NCBI RefSeq assembly: GCF_963921235.1
Contig: NC_086106.1
Span: 21,452,001-21,485,000, forward strand
Direction of reading: 5' to 3'
DNA from: Mobula hypostoma
Lineage: Eukaryota
DNA: 33,000 nucleotides
How positions within the stretch are numbered: position 1 is the stretch's first letter; the number at the start of each line of letters is the position of its first letter. This document shows positions 22,111 to 33,000 of this stretch, piece after piece. The translations under genes and the position numbers were made by a program. The notes under the pieces were generated by a model, which ran no database searches, was not told the origin of the DNA, and saw nothing but the letters and a program-made list of their open reading frames with translations.

Positions 22111-24329
22111 AATTAATACGAAGGAAGTGTGCGTCAACCTGACAATAAACCCGTATAACACTCTCAACAGGATTGCATGCAAACTTGACTCGGTAGCGGA
22201 GTCGGCAAACAGTCAGATAACACAGAAGCGAGAAGGCTTCTCTAATAAGCAATATACATCAATGATCGATATAATTTGGGACTTAACCAAAGACCGATGT
22301 CGGGATGCTTTGTTTAACGGAGAATGCTGTGTGAATACTATCCATATGGAGACGGGTGAGCCATAGGCTGTATTTCCTGTTCATTTAAGGAAGCTGAAAT
22401 ATCTTCCATAGGTTTTGCTTTCAAGGTGCATTAATCGACGAAGGACCAGTCTTTGGCTTCTCGTGCAGGAGGTCACTCCTACACTACTGTGGCCATAGGA
22501 GAGCTTTAGTTGATTATGCCATAGCACGAACGAATGACTAGCAGTATCGTTGGGAGGGCAGACTGATCTCACAGGACTTGCCTTGCAGAAAGCCTAGGAG
22601 AAGGACGAATCAGATTCCAAACGCTGATATTGCTCCGCTGTCTGCCTTGGCGAAGAGAAACAACTTCGATAGCCAGCCTGCAGCTTTGCGGTCGACGCAG
22701 TGGCCAGAGCTCGCCGTGCAATTATGGATCCGAAAAAGTGGAATCGATTGTCCTTATAAACCTACGCAGCACAAACGGAAAGAAAATCCTCTGGTGATGG
22801 TTAAGGGTTGGAAGGCAGTTGTTAAGCGTTTACAATCAATGCGTTTGCTATCAAAGAGGTGTTCTAAGTGGAGCAGATGGCCACCTAATGTGAGATTCAT
22901 AATTGAACTCTACAGTCACCAACGATCGTGCAGTCACTCTTGAGGACTCTTCGTCCCCTCTGTTCTTCGCAAGCGAAGAAACAGCCGTCACTATCATCAT
23001 CATTTTTATCACTGTCCATACACAATCATGCGTAAGCAATAAATAACAGATCGTACAGTTCACAAAATTATAACAGAGTCTATTTACGAATTTCAGTTTA
23101 CTCAAACAGTTATTAGGAACAAGAAAAGAAGGAAAGAAAAATATAAAAAATGGCCATTTACAATTCAACAGTTTTCAATGCGCAAGTCACGTTTTACCTC
23201 ATATCCTCCAAAAAAATCTCTTTGCCCCAGCGAACACTTGAGCCTTCTCCCAGTTCCACGTCGTAACTGGGCAACACTAAATTCCTAAGTTGAACATCAT
23301 CGGCAGTTGTCTTTAGCCGAAATAAAAGCATTCTACCAGCAGAAGTCACTGCTTTTACTGAAAGCAACACAATATATTAAACCATAACATTATCGGTAAA
23401 AATCTCTACCGGAGCATCACATTTACCTCCACCAAATATAGACATGTTCTGATGACTCTAGAACATATCAAACCGGTAGTAATAACAATGTATTGAAAGG
23501 AATTTCGCTATTTCCGGACGCCGAAAGCATTCGTTACATATTTCAACATTGGGAAAGGCGCAACATTTTGTTTCTGCTGTGCGACATATACCTGCCTACT
23601 TGCGAGTTTCGTGACTCACTGAAAATGTCTTATCTCATCCTCATCTTGATTGTCTTCAAGCACGCCTTGCCACTGTCCCAGTTTACTTGGGAACAGCTCC
23701 TCTGTCCTTCGGAAGTACAGAAACTTCCAGCGTTGCAGATCCTTCTGTCACCTGTCTGAGCTTAGCTTAATTACCACTTATATTGGAAACCCGTTACCAC
23801 TCAGAGTTTCCACTCACGGTTGCCTGTCGACTAGTAGTTCCCATCTTCTGCCTTCATTCGGCAAACAGACACATTTGGCAGCTGGCACTCCACTATCTAA
23901 GGCGTAGTAACTAATTGGACAGCAGAGCAGCACCTAATATCTTATGAAAACTCTGGATCTGGTCATCAGCGGAGAAAACCCAACCTTCTGATCATATCTC
24001 CTATCTATCCTTAGTTTTTTCTTGGTAGCAGAAACGGCTGCTAGCTCAAAAGTCTGATGTCTTTTTACCCCTCATGTCAGACATATATTTAAGATACGTG
24101 CTCTGTGGCAAGTCCTCACTGCCCGCTCTAATACAAAGATCTGAAGACAATCTCGCATTGCGCCTAAACATCAAACACCATGGCGGTTATACGGTAACTT
24201 CATTCAGTGTACAGTTGTAGCAGTCTACCAAATACTCAGTATGCCGTCTCCACTTTTTCATGTTACCCGTACCCCGGGTTACAACATGTCCATCAACGTC
24301 TGGTTGATCGTTTTATGCTGGGTATAACG

Positions 24330-26189
24330 CGGAGGTTAATACGTCGTCGTACTCGATCTCTCGAGTCCATGCATTTTCGGTACATAAAGGAAATAACTCT
24401 AAAAAAATCAGACGGTGATCATTGTGCATTCTTCTTGGGGGGGGGGGCGTATCGAACAACATATTTCTCCCATTGCACGTTGGCAAATGGGCACGTTCTC
24501 TGATCTTTGGCGGGGATGGCTTCAGCATATACGTGTAGTGATTAGTGATAACCAAGACATTCACGGCATTGTTGGAATCAGTCTCGATGGATACTAACTG
24601 ATGCTCACTAAAGCAAGCGGTGCTGCGCTTTGTAATTGAGATAATGGAGCAAATCTCACATACATTGGATGCATGACTCGCAGTAATCTTCAATATCAGC
24701 CCTCTGAGGTTTGGTCTTTGACGAATCTGGTATGGTGCCAGAGGATTGAAAAATTGCAAAGTTACTACGCACTTTAAGAGTGAAATGAAGCTTCAGAAAG
24801 GAAATTATAGACCATATAGCGTGACTTCCGTGGTTGGGAATATGTTCAAGTGAATTGATAAGGATAAAGTGTTGTAGTATTTGGTGACCCAGGATAAGAT
24901 GGTACAAAATCAGTAAGGTTTCCTTCAGGGGAAATCTTACCTGACGAACCTGTTGGACCTCGTTGAGGGGATTAAAAGTAGTAAAGATGAAAAGGATGCA
25001 CTGTATGGTGTATATCTGGTCTTTCAGAAAGCATCTGAAAAGGTACCAGACTTAAGACTTACCATGTTAAGAGCCCAGGGTATTATAGGAGAGTTCTTAA
25101 CATGGTTAGAGCACTGGCTAATTGGTAGAAGGCAGGAGTGGGAAACAAAGGATCCTTTTCTGGTCGCTTCCAGTGAGTCGGGGTGATCCGCATGGGTCAG
25201 TGTTGGGACCATTTCTTCTTATACTGTATATAAAGTATTTAGATCATGTAATAGATGGTTGTGATGTCAAGTTAGCAAAGGATAGAAAGAATGTTGGAAG
25301 AGCAGGGAGTGTTGAGGAAACAGGAGGGATGCAGAAGAAGTTAGGCAGATTAGAAGAATGGCAAGTATGCGGCAATTGAAATAAAATGTTGGAAAATGCA
25401 TGGTCAGGCAGTTTGGTAGTAGAAATACATATGCGGGCTATATTGTAAACGGGCAGAAACCCAGCAATCTCAGATGCCGATGGATTTGGAAGTCCGTGTA
25501 CAGAATACCCTGAAGGTTAAGTTGCAGGATGGGTCCCTGGTGAGGACGGCCACTGCCATGTTTGCATTTATTTCAAGATGTCTTGTATACAAGAACAAGG
25601 ATGTGATGCAGAGACTTTATAAGGCACTACTGAAGCCTCTACTTGAGTATTGTGATTGGTTTTGCGCCTCTCAGCTTAGACAAGAGATACTGGCATTGGA
25701 GAGGGTCCAGAGGAGGATTTCAAGCATGATTCGAGGAATAAAAGGTTTGCCATTCGAGGTAAGTTTGATGTCTCTGGGTTTATATTCGCTGGAAATTAGA
25801 AAGATGAAGGGGGATCTCATTGAAATAATTCGAATGTTGAAAGGCCTAGACAGAGTGATTCTGAAAAGGATGATTCCAGCGTGGGACTGTGCAGGACAAG
25901 GGGGAATGGCCTCTGGATAGAGGGGGCGCCATTTCAAAAAAAGCGATGAGAAAAATAATCTTTAGCTAAAAGGTGATGTATTTGTGGAATGTGTTGACAC
26001 ATGCAGCCGCAGAGGACAGATTATTATGTGTATTTAAGGTTTTTCATTGGACATGGCATGAAGGTTAACGGGGAGAAGGCCCGGAACTAGGGTTGCGTAG
26101 GAATTAATAAAAGGTATCAGCCATGATTAATGGCGGAGCAGACATGATGGGCCAGGTGGCCTAATTCTGCTGCTATGTCTTATGGTCTT
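24330..26189 (+). mobile_element. Old CR1 LINE (endonuclease remnant, RT, 3' UTR, tail), internally deleted
   Basis: ESGMVPED*KIAKV...GNYRPYSVTSVVG; YLVFQKASEKVP; SRGDPHGSVLGPFLLILYI; LYKALLKPLLEYC...LERVQRR; 3' UTR TCAGCCATGATTAATGGCGGAGCAGAC...CTATGTCTTATGGTCTT. The segment left of ~24560 is weakly supported. Confidence 0.85.
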
Positions 26190-26239
26190 TGGGTCTGCAG
26201 GACTCAAGGCAGGCAACTGATTCGTATGCAGAACGGTGA

Positions 26240-29075
26240 AATTGCAATAATTTAGTGATATGGCGCAACTAGAAACTCCCAAATGATCCACAGTTCTGCC
26301 ATGACCTCGCCTTGTTCTTCTTTATCCCCTGTAGAAAACTGGCACGTTGTTTTAATAACAGAGGCATATTGACTCCTGGTGTTTTAGGCAACATGTCTAA
26401 CCCCTTTGCGGAGTTGTCAAAAGTCAACACAGGCACTTTAGTCAGTAACTGTTTATGCAGCTGAAACGGCTCTTCCTATTTTGCACACCGTCTTTCACCG
26501 AGATGTCCGACGGGCTAAGATATATGTTAACTTTTCCCCTATCATTGTACTCCCTTTTTTTCTTGAGGAGATGGGTAAGCCCATTAAAGCTAAATTAAAG
26601 TGCAACTTATTTTGTTGTAGCTGTCAGCAGTCTCCGGTGATAAACACAGAATGCAGGGAAAGAGTGCAGAGGACTCACAGCGTGGTACTTGACAATGTGA
26701 CCAGCAGTTCTGACGGATCTTTAACTAGTCTATCTTGGGAAACTATGTCTCCAACTCTAGTTGACCGACGTCTTGCAAAACTGGCACTTGTGAAGTGACC
26801 GTCTTAAACGTTGGTTTGCATGCAGTCTGGCACTTTCAGCCGCCTCGGCGCATGTATGCCCAGTGGTGGAGCAGTAGTCGATGAGGCCCTCCAAGTACAC
26901 CTGCATTCCAAGCAAGTTAAAGTAATCAACAGTCTACTCCATCAAATAGTATATTTTTCGGGAGCTGTACGTAGGTTTAGTGTCCGATAGTCAACATACA
27001 TTCGTACATTCTGTTCTTCTTCCTTACCTCATCGTTCCAAGAGATAATTCCAGCTTCGTTCAGTTTCAGCATATGCTGCCAATCAACATCCTTCTCCGCT
27101 GCTGTTAATCGTCGCGGTGTTTCTCTGAAAGGAGTGTACTCGGTGACTGGATAGTCTGGCGAGAACTCTTGGAGTTAGCCACATCATTTTTTTTTTCAGT
27201 AGGAAAGATATATTCAAATTTCAACATCTCCTCCGTTATTCTTATTTTCCATTCCTCGGGGACAGGAGAATACAACAGTTCAACGAATTTTCTGATAAAT
27301 TTCCTAATCCAGGAGACTGTCTTTGTCCCGGTTCTCTCAACAGAAAACTAGACATTACGGTTGCTGGGAAAAAACAAATGTTGTGTCATCGGCATCCTAC
27401 GTCTGAAGGTGATCTCTGTCATTAGAATTTCCTGAGAATCACTGTCAACCTGTCCATTTGTACAGCCGAAGGTTTCTGCAATTCAGCTCTCACTTATACT
27501 CCAGAAGGTAAGTGTGCGTTTTATTCGTGTTTCTCTGGAATATCAACCAGTAGGGTCTCGGCATCAGGCATTCGTGGGAATTTTGGGTTTCCCCAAGTCC
27601 CTTTCCGGTGAAATATCGAATAGGGTACTTTCCGAGGATATTCCTGTTCTCCGCACTCCACTTCATCCAATAACACAGATGACTGCTCCGCCCAAGTTCC
27701 ATATTCCTTCTGCCTATCGAGGGTATGTTTGACTCCAGATAAAATTATCAGTCGGTGATAACTAACTTTAGCAATCCGCCGGAACTCTTTGCCGTTTATC
27801 TACCAGCACTTTAATCGTGGAAACCAGCTGAGAAATTCCATCCCCCGTCGAAGGACACATTAGACCTTTTACACCAGAAGACTCCTTTTTTTCCGTTCGA
27901 AGAATCGAGAACAAATTGTGCTTAATTTGTTCATCCTCAGCTACATGTTCCCGTTCACTAAAAGTATGGACTGCACACGGACCCACTTATCCAGCTGTCC
28001 ATAGCCACAGGGAAAGTTAGACACGACACTGCAAATTTTGTCTAACAGGTCATGTTACCGACGACTGATCCAACCGACGTCAAACCATCGCAAATTTCCC
28101 AATACTTTAGAAGAAATCAGCACACGAAATAACAGATCATCAGGACTTCGGATATCAAACCCGTTCAGAGCAGAACCATCTTTATGGGAAATCTCTCTGA
28201 CGTGCACCGTACTAATATGCATTTGGCGTCCCCAATAAGCACCTTCAACAGTTTCCACAACACCACGTTAAACACATTCTCTTATGCACAAGCAGTGTAC
28301 TCACTGCTTAACAGCAGTTCAGCGGAACCCAGAAGAGCATTCGAGAAATGCAACCACTCATTGGGCTCGAATGCAAACTTGGTTCGATAGCGGACTCGGC
28401 TAACAATCACATGTCTCCGTGGTGAGAAGGTTTATTTCCATTAGCAATATACGAAGAGTCGGTGTGATTTGAAGTTCAACCAAAGAGAAACATTTTTTTT
28501 TATGTTCAAAGCAACGTAGCATGATTTGAGCGAATGCTGGATAAATGATATCGATACTCAATTATCGGTTGGGAATAAATAAACGACCGTACCCGGCAAA
28601 CAATTATAACGAAGGAATATTTACTAATTTCAGCTTTATCAAACTGTTATTGAGGTAAAAACTAAATAACAAGGGCACATTGCTGTTAAACCAGTGTAAC
28701 TGTGTACCTACATTTTGCGCTCATCCGAAAGCTGGGTATAACCATTACACACTGTGCCGAATTCTTATCATCAAACATCGGTAAAGTTTCCTGTTTTGTC
28801 GTTCTTCATCTCGCAAAGCACGACCTAAAAGTCGTATTTTAGGGGGTCTCTCCCGCTCTTCTCATCTCTGCATCTTCTGCCGAAAAGACCACGAACCCCA
28901 GTAATATCTGTCACAAAATGCACTGCACCAAGTTCTCTTTAGAAATGTTTCCAAGTTCCACCATTCTTATTGGATTTTACGTTGAAAACCGTAACTCCTT
29001 ACCTTTCTCCGAAACGAAAGCATATTCCTATCAGGGCACACCTTCAAGACACGCCGCAATTTTAACAGTAGCCAT
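26240..29075 (-). mobile_element. Older, heavily decayed Gypsy of the same PNMA-gag lineage (gag, PR, RT, RH remnants)
   Basis: GNPKFPRMPDAETLL (cf. GTPRFPGVPDVEALF at ~18280); PVTEYTPFRETPRRLTAAEKDVDWQHMLKLNEAGII; YVDYRTLNLRT; VYLEGLI...SLHKCQFCKTSV; VGDIVSQD..VKDP; GKVNIYLSPSD; KQLLTKVPVLTFD. Gag-like LLFRV...RR*HDLL...YGQL..WVR at ~27970-28130. The right end near ATGGCTACT (~29070) is tentative. Confidence 0.75.
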
Positions 29076-29591
29076 CTTCACGGATAAACTCTTACAGTTT
29101 TAGCCTTGCATTTTCATAAAATATGTGCATTCCATACCAAAAGTTTTGATTGTTCCTTGCCTGTTGCTTACTTCTGCCATTCTTACACTGCAGATGATCC
29201 CTTCAGGACATGCTCTATTTCTGTAGCAAAGATAGGATCGCTGCACAGCCATGACACGTTCCCACTGCTTTTATCTCCCTGTCATTTCCATTTAAGAGAT
29301 ACATAACAAGGAGAAACCAGACGTAATTTCTCCTTTTGTGAAAACCAACCCCTATTCATGCCCAATACGTTATACATCCATTATCCGTGTTTATTATTTT
29401 TGTTCCAGATAATTCTCGCATTAAAATCGAAACATCTCAATTCATGCAGCTGATTGCAATTGTGACCTTTCCAGTAGATATCATTCACTGTAGTCACTGT
29501 ACAGTCTGCAACTACCTTTACTTTAACTGTCCCCGAGTGTTATCAGTCTAGTTTCATATCCCAGGCAAACTGTTGCTTTGAAACTTGTTTC

Positions 29592-29610
29592 TTGTTGTTG
29601 TTGTTGTTGT
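29592..29610. repeat. (TTG)6 microsatellite
   Basis: Read directly. Confidence 0.85.
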
Positions 29611-30720
29611 ATTTCTCTCAGACGAAGAAGAGTCATGTTGTTTGGGTAGCTCATTGCAGTTAGGTTCTATGAGCACACTTTACTTGAGACCTTGTCTGCT
29701 TGTACATTTCTGAAGAGAGCAGCACTTTGTTTCCAGTACTTCATGGAATCCCCTTTCTCCCAAGCTACAGCCAGTGTACAGTACACGTCGGGACTTGCAA
29801 GACCGTAAATAGAGCATGCCATTTCGTTGTAAATACTGAGTACTATTACTGAATGTCATGTCTTATTCGAGTATGTACCAATGAGATACCAGATTCAGAC
29901 AGATCAATATGACCAGCGTTTTTCAGACCATGATGGTTATGAGGACATTTGTCGGTCAGCAGAATTCGCTGAGAATAGATTGAAGGGAACTATGTGCAGT
30001 CAGTATAGACAGTCGTAACAAATACGTTTTTTTTTACATAAATAGGAAGTGATAACATCGTGCGCAGAAAATCCAATGCCTGTGTTGTTCATTCCGGTAC
30101 TCTATGTTCTGTCGAAATGTCAGCAAATGGGACACAACTCTGAATTTGCAAATACACTTTTCTTAATTTCTAACACGTTTTTGATCCGGTGACCTTGTAA
30201 ATTGTGTATCATGTTGGCCTTGCCTTTGTGTATACTGGATCCCGCCATTGTATTCAGCGCACAGTCCCTTTACCTATTTATGATGCAGCATTTCAAATAT
30301 CTGCAGGATTCGTTATATGCATCTTCTCTCTGTTCACATTACACAAATTGCTGTAACTGTCTATATTACATTTGGCACTGTTTCAGTAAATGTTACGCTA
30401 AGCTCATTATATTTGCATTAGAAAACACCCGTTTGATGTTTAAAACATATTGTCTGTATTTCAGAATGTCTTTTGCATGATTTTATCGCTTTCCTCCTTG
30501 AAGCCTCGCATATTACGCTGTGGATAGTCCTTGTTTATATTTCAGATGATTAATTAGCGTACAGATTGGGTTTCATCCTTGAAGTATATTCATTAGTCCC
30601 TGCTCTATGTCTGATTCAATGCAGTTAAATATTGACTCTGTGGATATAATGCTCAACTGTGCACCTGTGTATGTGACATTAGACATTTTGTTATGTGATC
30701 ATGCTGTCCGGTTTGATTCG

Positions 30721-30770
30721 TTTAAATATATATATATTTTTATATATATATATATTTATATATATTTAAT
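30721..30770. repeat. Imperfect (TA)n / AT-rich low-complexity tract
   Basis: TTTAAATATATATATATTTTTATATATATATATATTTATATATATTTAAT. Confidence 0.85.
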
Positions 30771-30821
30771 GTGGATAAATGTGAAGTTATCCACTTTGGT
30801 GGCAAAAATAGGAAAACAGAT

Positions 30822-31610
30822 TATTATCTGAATGGTGGCCGATTAGGAAAAGGGGAGGTGCAATGAGACCTGGGTGTCATTATACACCAGTCATTGAAAG
30901 TGGGCATGCAGGTACAGCAGGCGGTGAAAAAGGCGAACGGTATGCTGGCATTTATAGCGTGAGGATTCGAGTACAGGAGCAGGGAGGTACTACTGCAGTT
31001 GTACAAGGCCTTGGTGAGACCACACCTGGAGTATTGTGTGCAGTTTTGGTCCCCTAATCTGAGGAAAGACATCTTTGCCATAGAGGGAGTACAAAGAAGG
31101 TTCACCAGATTGATTCCTGGGATGGCAGGTCTCTCATATGAAGAAAGACTGGATGAACTGGGCTTGTACTCGTTGGAATTTAGAAGATTGAGGGGTGATC
31201 TGATTGAAACGTATAAGATCCTAAAGGGATTGGACAGGATAGATGCGGGAAGATTGTTCCCGATGTTGGGGAGGTCTAGAACGAGGGGTCACAGTTTGAG
31301 GATAGAGGGGAAGCCTTTTAGGACCGAGGTTAGGAAAAACTTCTTCACACAGAGAGTGGTGAATCTGTGGAATTCTCTGCCACAGCAAACTGTTGAGGCC
31401 AGTTCATTAGCTATGTTTAAAAGGAAGTTAGATATGGCCCTTGTGGCTACAGGGGTCAGGGGGTATGGAGGGAAGGCTGGGTTCTGAGTTGGATGATCAG
31501 CCATGATCATAATAAATGGCGGTGCAGGCTCGAAGGGCCGAATGGCCTACTCCTGCACCTATTTTCTATGTTTCTATGTTTCTATGTTTCTATGTTTCTA
31601 TGTTTCTATA
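30822..31610 (+). mobile_element. Youngest CR1/HER1-type LINE 3' fragment, 5'-truncated
   Basis: The ORF2 C-terminus is open from 30999 to the natural stop at 31487 (LYKALVRPHLEYCVQFWSP...RRLRGDLIETYKI...FFTQRVVNLWNSLP). It is followed by the HE1-like 3' UTR GATCAGCCATGATC...GGCTCGAAGGGCCGAATGGCCTACTCCTGCACC and a tandem tail. Confidence 0.96.
31563..31610 (+). repeat. CR1 3' tail (TTTCTATG)5 + TTTCTATA
   Basis: Five perfect 8-bp units and one variant, then (TA)n. Confidence 0.95.
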
Positions 31611-32449
31611 TATATATCGTATCAGGCCATGGGTGCTTTTGCTTTTGGGTGAGTCACCATTCTGATCACAATATGCCAGAGAGACGTTTACGCCCCAGAT
31701 TATGTCCTCTCTCTAAATATATTATGCACTTTTCTATCATTATATAACAAATTACAGAATTTAAAATGTAATTTTGCTCTTCCTCCTGCGAAAATATGCT
31801 GCTCTATTCTATATATAATGTATGCAATTGCTCACGTCACTGTAGCTTTCGCAGGAAATACAATTGAACCATTTGGGTTCGAAATACAAAATATTCTAAA
31901 TATGTTCCCATACTTTCAGCCTTATTGTAACTGTTTAACCTGTTCCGTACCTTACAGTATTTAATATCAATGCACTTTTGGTTGTTATTCACGTGTGATT
32001 CATCTATAGATTGTACCTTTACCTTTGTAGATGAACGGTTGTTACATGTGTTTGTGTTTTCACACTTGTTCGAAGAAAATTGTGTCGTTTCTCCTGCAGG
32101 AGTGTCGACTAAAATCGTACCATGTGTAATTACTTCAAACATACACTTTATTTGCCGCACAAATAAACGGAAGGGTCGTGAATATTTCAGTGAAAATACA
32201 ACCCAAAAGATAATATTGTACAACGTACACTTGATATGCACAGCAAACGTAACCCTAAAGAGTCTGGGTGAATTCTGCCAAATGAAATTAAAGAATGCCT
32301 ATACTCGTTCATCTCCGTCACACACAGAATACACCCTAGAAGACAATTTCAAACGAGTAGACGCCCGCAACACTCGGGGGAACCTGCTCTGCCTTTTTTC
32401 ACGGGCAGGTGCGGGGGAGGAACAATAGTCAATGTCAGATGGCCAGGAG

Positions 32450-32640
32450 CTGGGCGGCAGACATCTCCGCGTGGGCTGTGCCAATTGCACTGGAGAGTCC
32501 AGATCCAAATTGGCAGGCTGGAGATGGTCAACAGAAACTCTGTCTGGAATAACCATAAAGTCCGACTTATAAAAACCGATCCGAAATTCCAACACGCAGA
32601 ACGGGTCAATGCCAGTCATGGCACATTGACACGGATCCTT
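32450..32640 (-). mobile_element. Gypsy integrase C-terminal fragment (a different lineage from the other three)
   Basis: DPFCVLE...DRVSVDHLQPANLDLDSPVQLAQPTRRCLPP (cf. GPFRVL...E.VSVDRLKPAHLD...PV..AQPPRRGRPP). Confidence 0.75.
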
Positions 32641-32739
32641 AACTCGCTCCGATTCTCTTGTCAACTACACTAATATGAGGAATAATTTCTTGTCTCTCAC
32701 CAGGCTACCTACCGAACAATCTAAGCAAATGACATTCGT

Positions 32740-32930
32740 GTGGATAGACAATAGTGGACAAGTAATGGGTGTATGTATTAGACGGGCTTCAACCTGTTCA
32801 GAGAGACAGGGAGGAAGGGGTTCTGACACAGACGGAAATAATTAGTCAACAGGAGGATGATTGTTAAAAAAACTGAAAGAGAGGATGTTTAAATACTTTG
32901 TAGAGATATTTTGAGAAAAGTTAAATTTGT
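32740..32930 (+). mobile_element. Probable very old CR1 endonuclease remnant
   Basis: TGFNLFRETGRKG resembles the CR1 endonuclease segment PGY..FR+DR...+GGGV. Short match. Confidence 0.35.
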
Positions 32931-33000
32931 TATTCTAATACCTTAGGGCATTGCTGAACCGATGACAAATATGTAACACTTTATAAAAGAGCTGATGCAG

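Noticed and set aside
22430-22720. Possible RTE-clade LINE 5' UTR (GGAGAAGGACGAATCAGATTCCAAAC)
   Set aside because: It is only a short match to a remembered motif with no coding support nearby, which is not enough to call.
26680-26905. Apparent minus-strand exon (TGCAG acceptor, GTGAGT donor) reading ...QRLRRSLHKCQ, resembling the elasmobranch NLR/NACHT-LRR segment QRLGPGLHKCQ
   Set aside because: The full context aligns better and collinearly with Gypsy RT (VYLDDLIVF...KLSLDKCQFCRTSV.YVGHIISQDG..TDP), with RT and RH motifs on both sides, and it has in-frame stops.
27466-27513. Perfect donor AAG|GTAAGT with a possible 42-nt plus-strand exon
   Set aside because: It lies antisense within the decayed Gypsy protease region and no partner exons were found. 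Splice-site-like words are common by chance.
28960-29075. Minus-strand ATG plus AAG|GTAAGG donor as a first exon (MLSFRRK)
   Set aside because: The predicted next exon stops early, and the region more plausibly corresponds to the start of the old Gypsy gag.
31563-31617. Tandem repeat as a CRISPR-like or satellite array
   Set aside because: It has no spacers and is the standard CR1 3' tail. The DNA is eukaryotic.
32100-32175. PC...HFIC motif suggesting a C-type lectin terminal exon
   Set aside because: Cys spacing is x9 rather than the canonical x7, and there is no WND-like motif.

Overview
This window is vertebrate genomic DNA, almost certainly from a cartilaginous fish. The CR1/HER1-type LINE 3' ends and their (TTTCTATG)n / TCTTATGG tails are typical of elasmobranchs; a ray or skate is my inference. 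I could not support any host protein-coding gene, RNA gene or CRISPR array. About three quarters of the window is decayed retroelements: about 14 CR1-type LINE pieces of different ages, one Rex1/Babar LINE piece and four Ty3/Gypsy LTR relics. The CR1 pieces include a near-full-length copy with a Zn-finger/SGNH-esterase ORF1 at 1-2865. The Gypsy relics are a sushi-like chromovirus, two PNMA-type-gag elements and an integrase tail. One provirus (12835-20477) can be rebuilt across a clean nested CR1 insertion. Two window-scale signals stand out. First, the oldest relics are CpG-rich (observed/expected near or above 1) while younger homologous CR1 copies are CpG-poor, the reverse of normal methylation decay. 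Second, 14 of 19 elements, including all four LTR elements, lie on the minus strand. Together these suggest, as a hypothesis only, a germline-hypomethylated, plus-strand-transcribed TE-trap locus such as a piRNA cluster. Family assignments rest on manual translation and remembered family motifs, not database searches. Boundaries of old elements and all counts are approximate.
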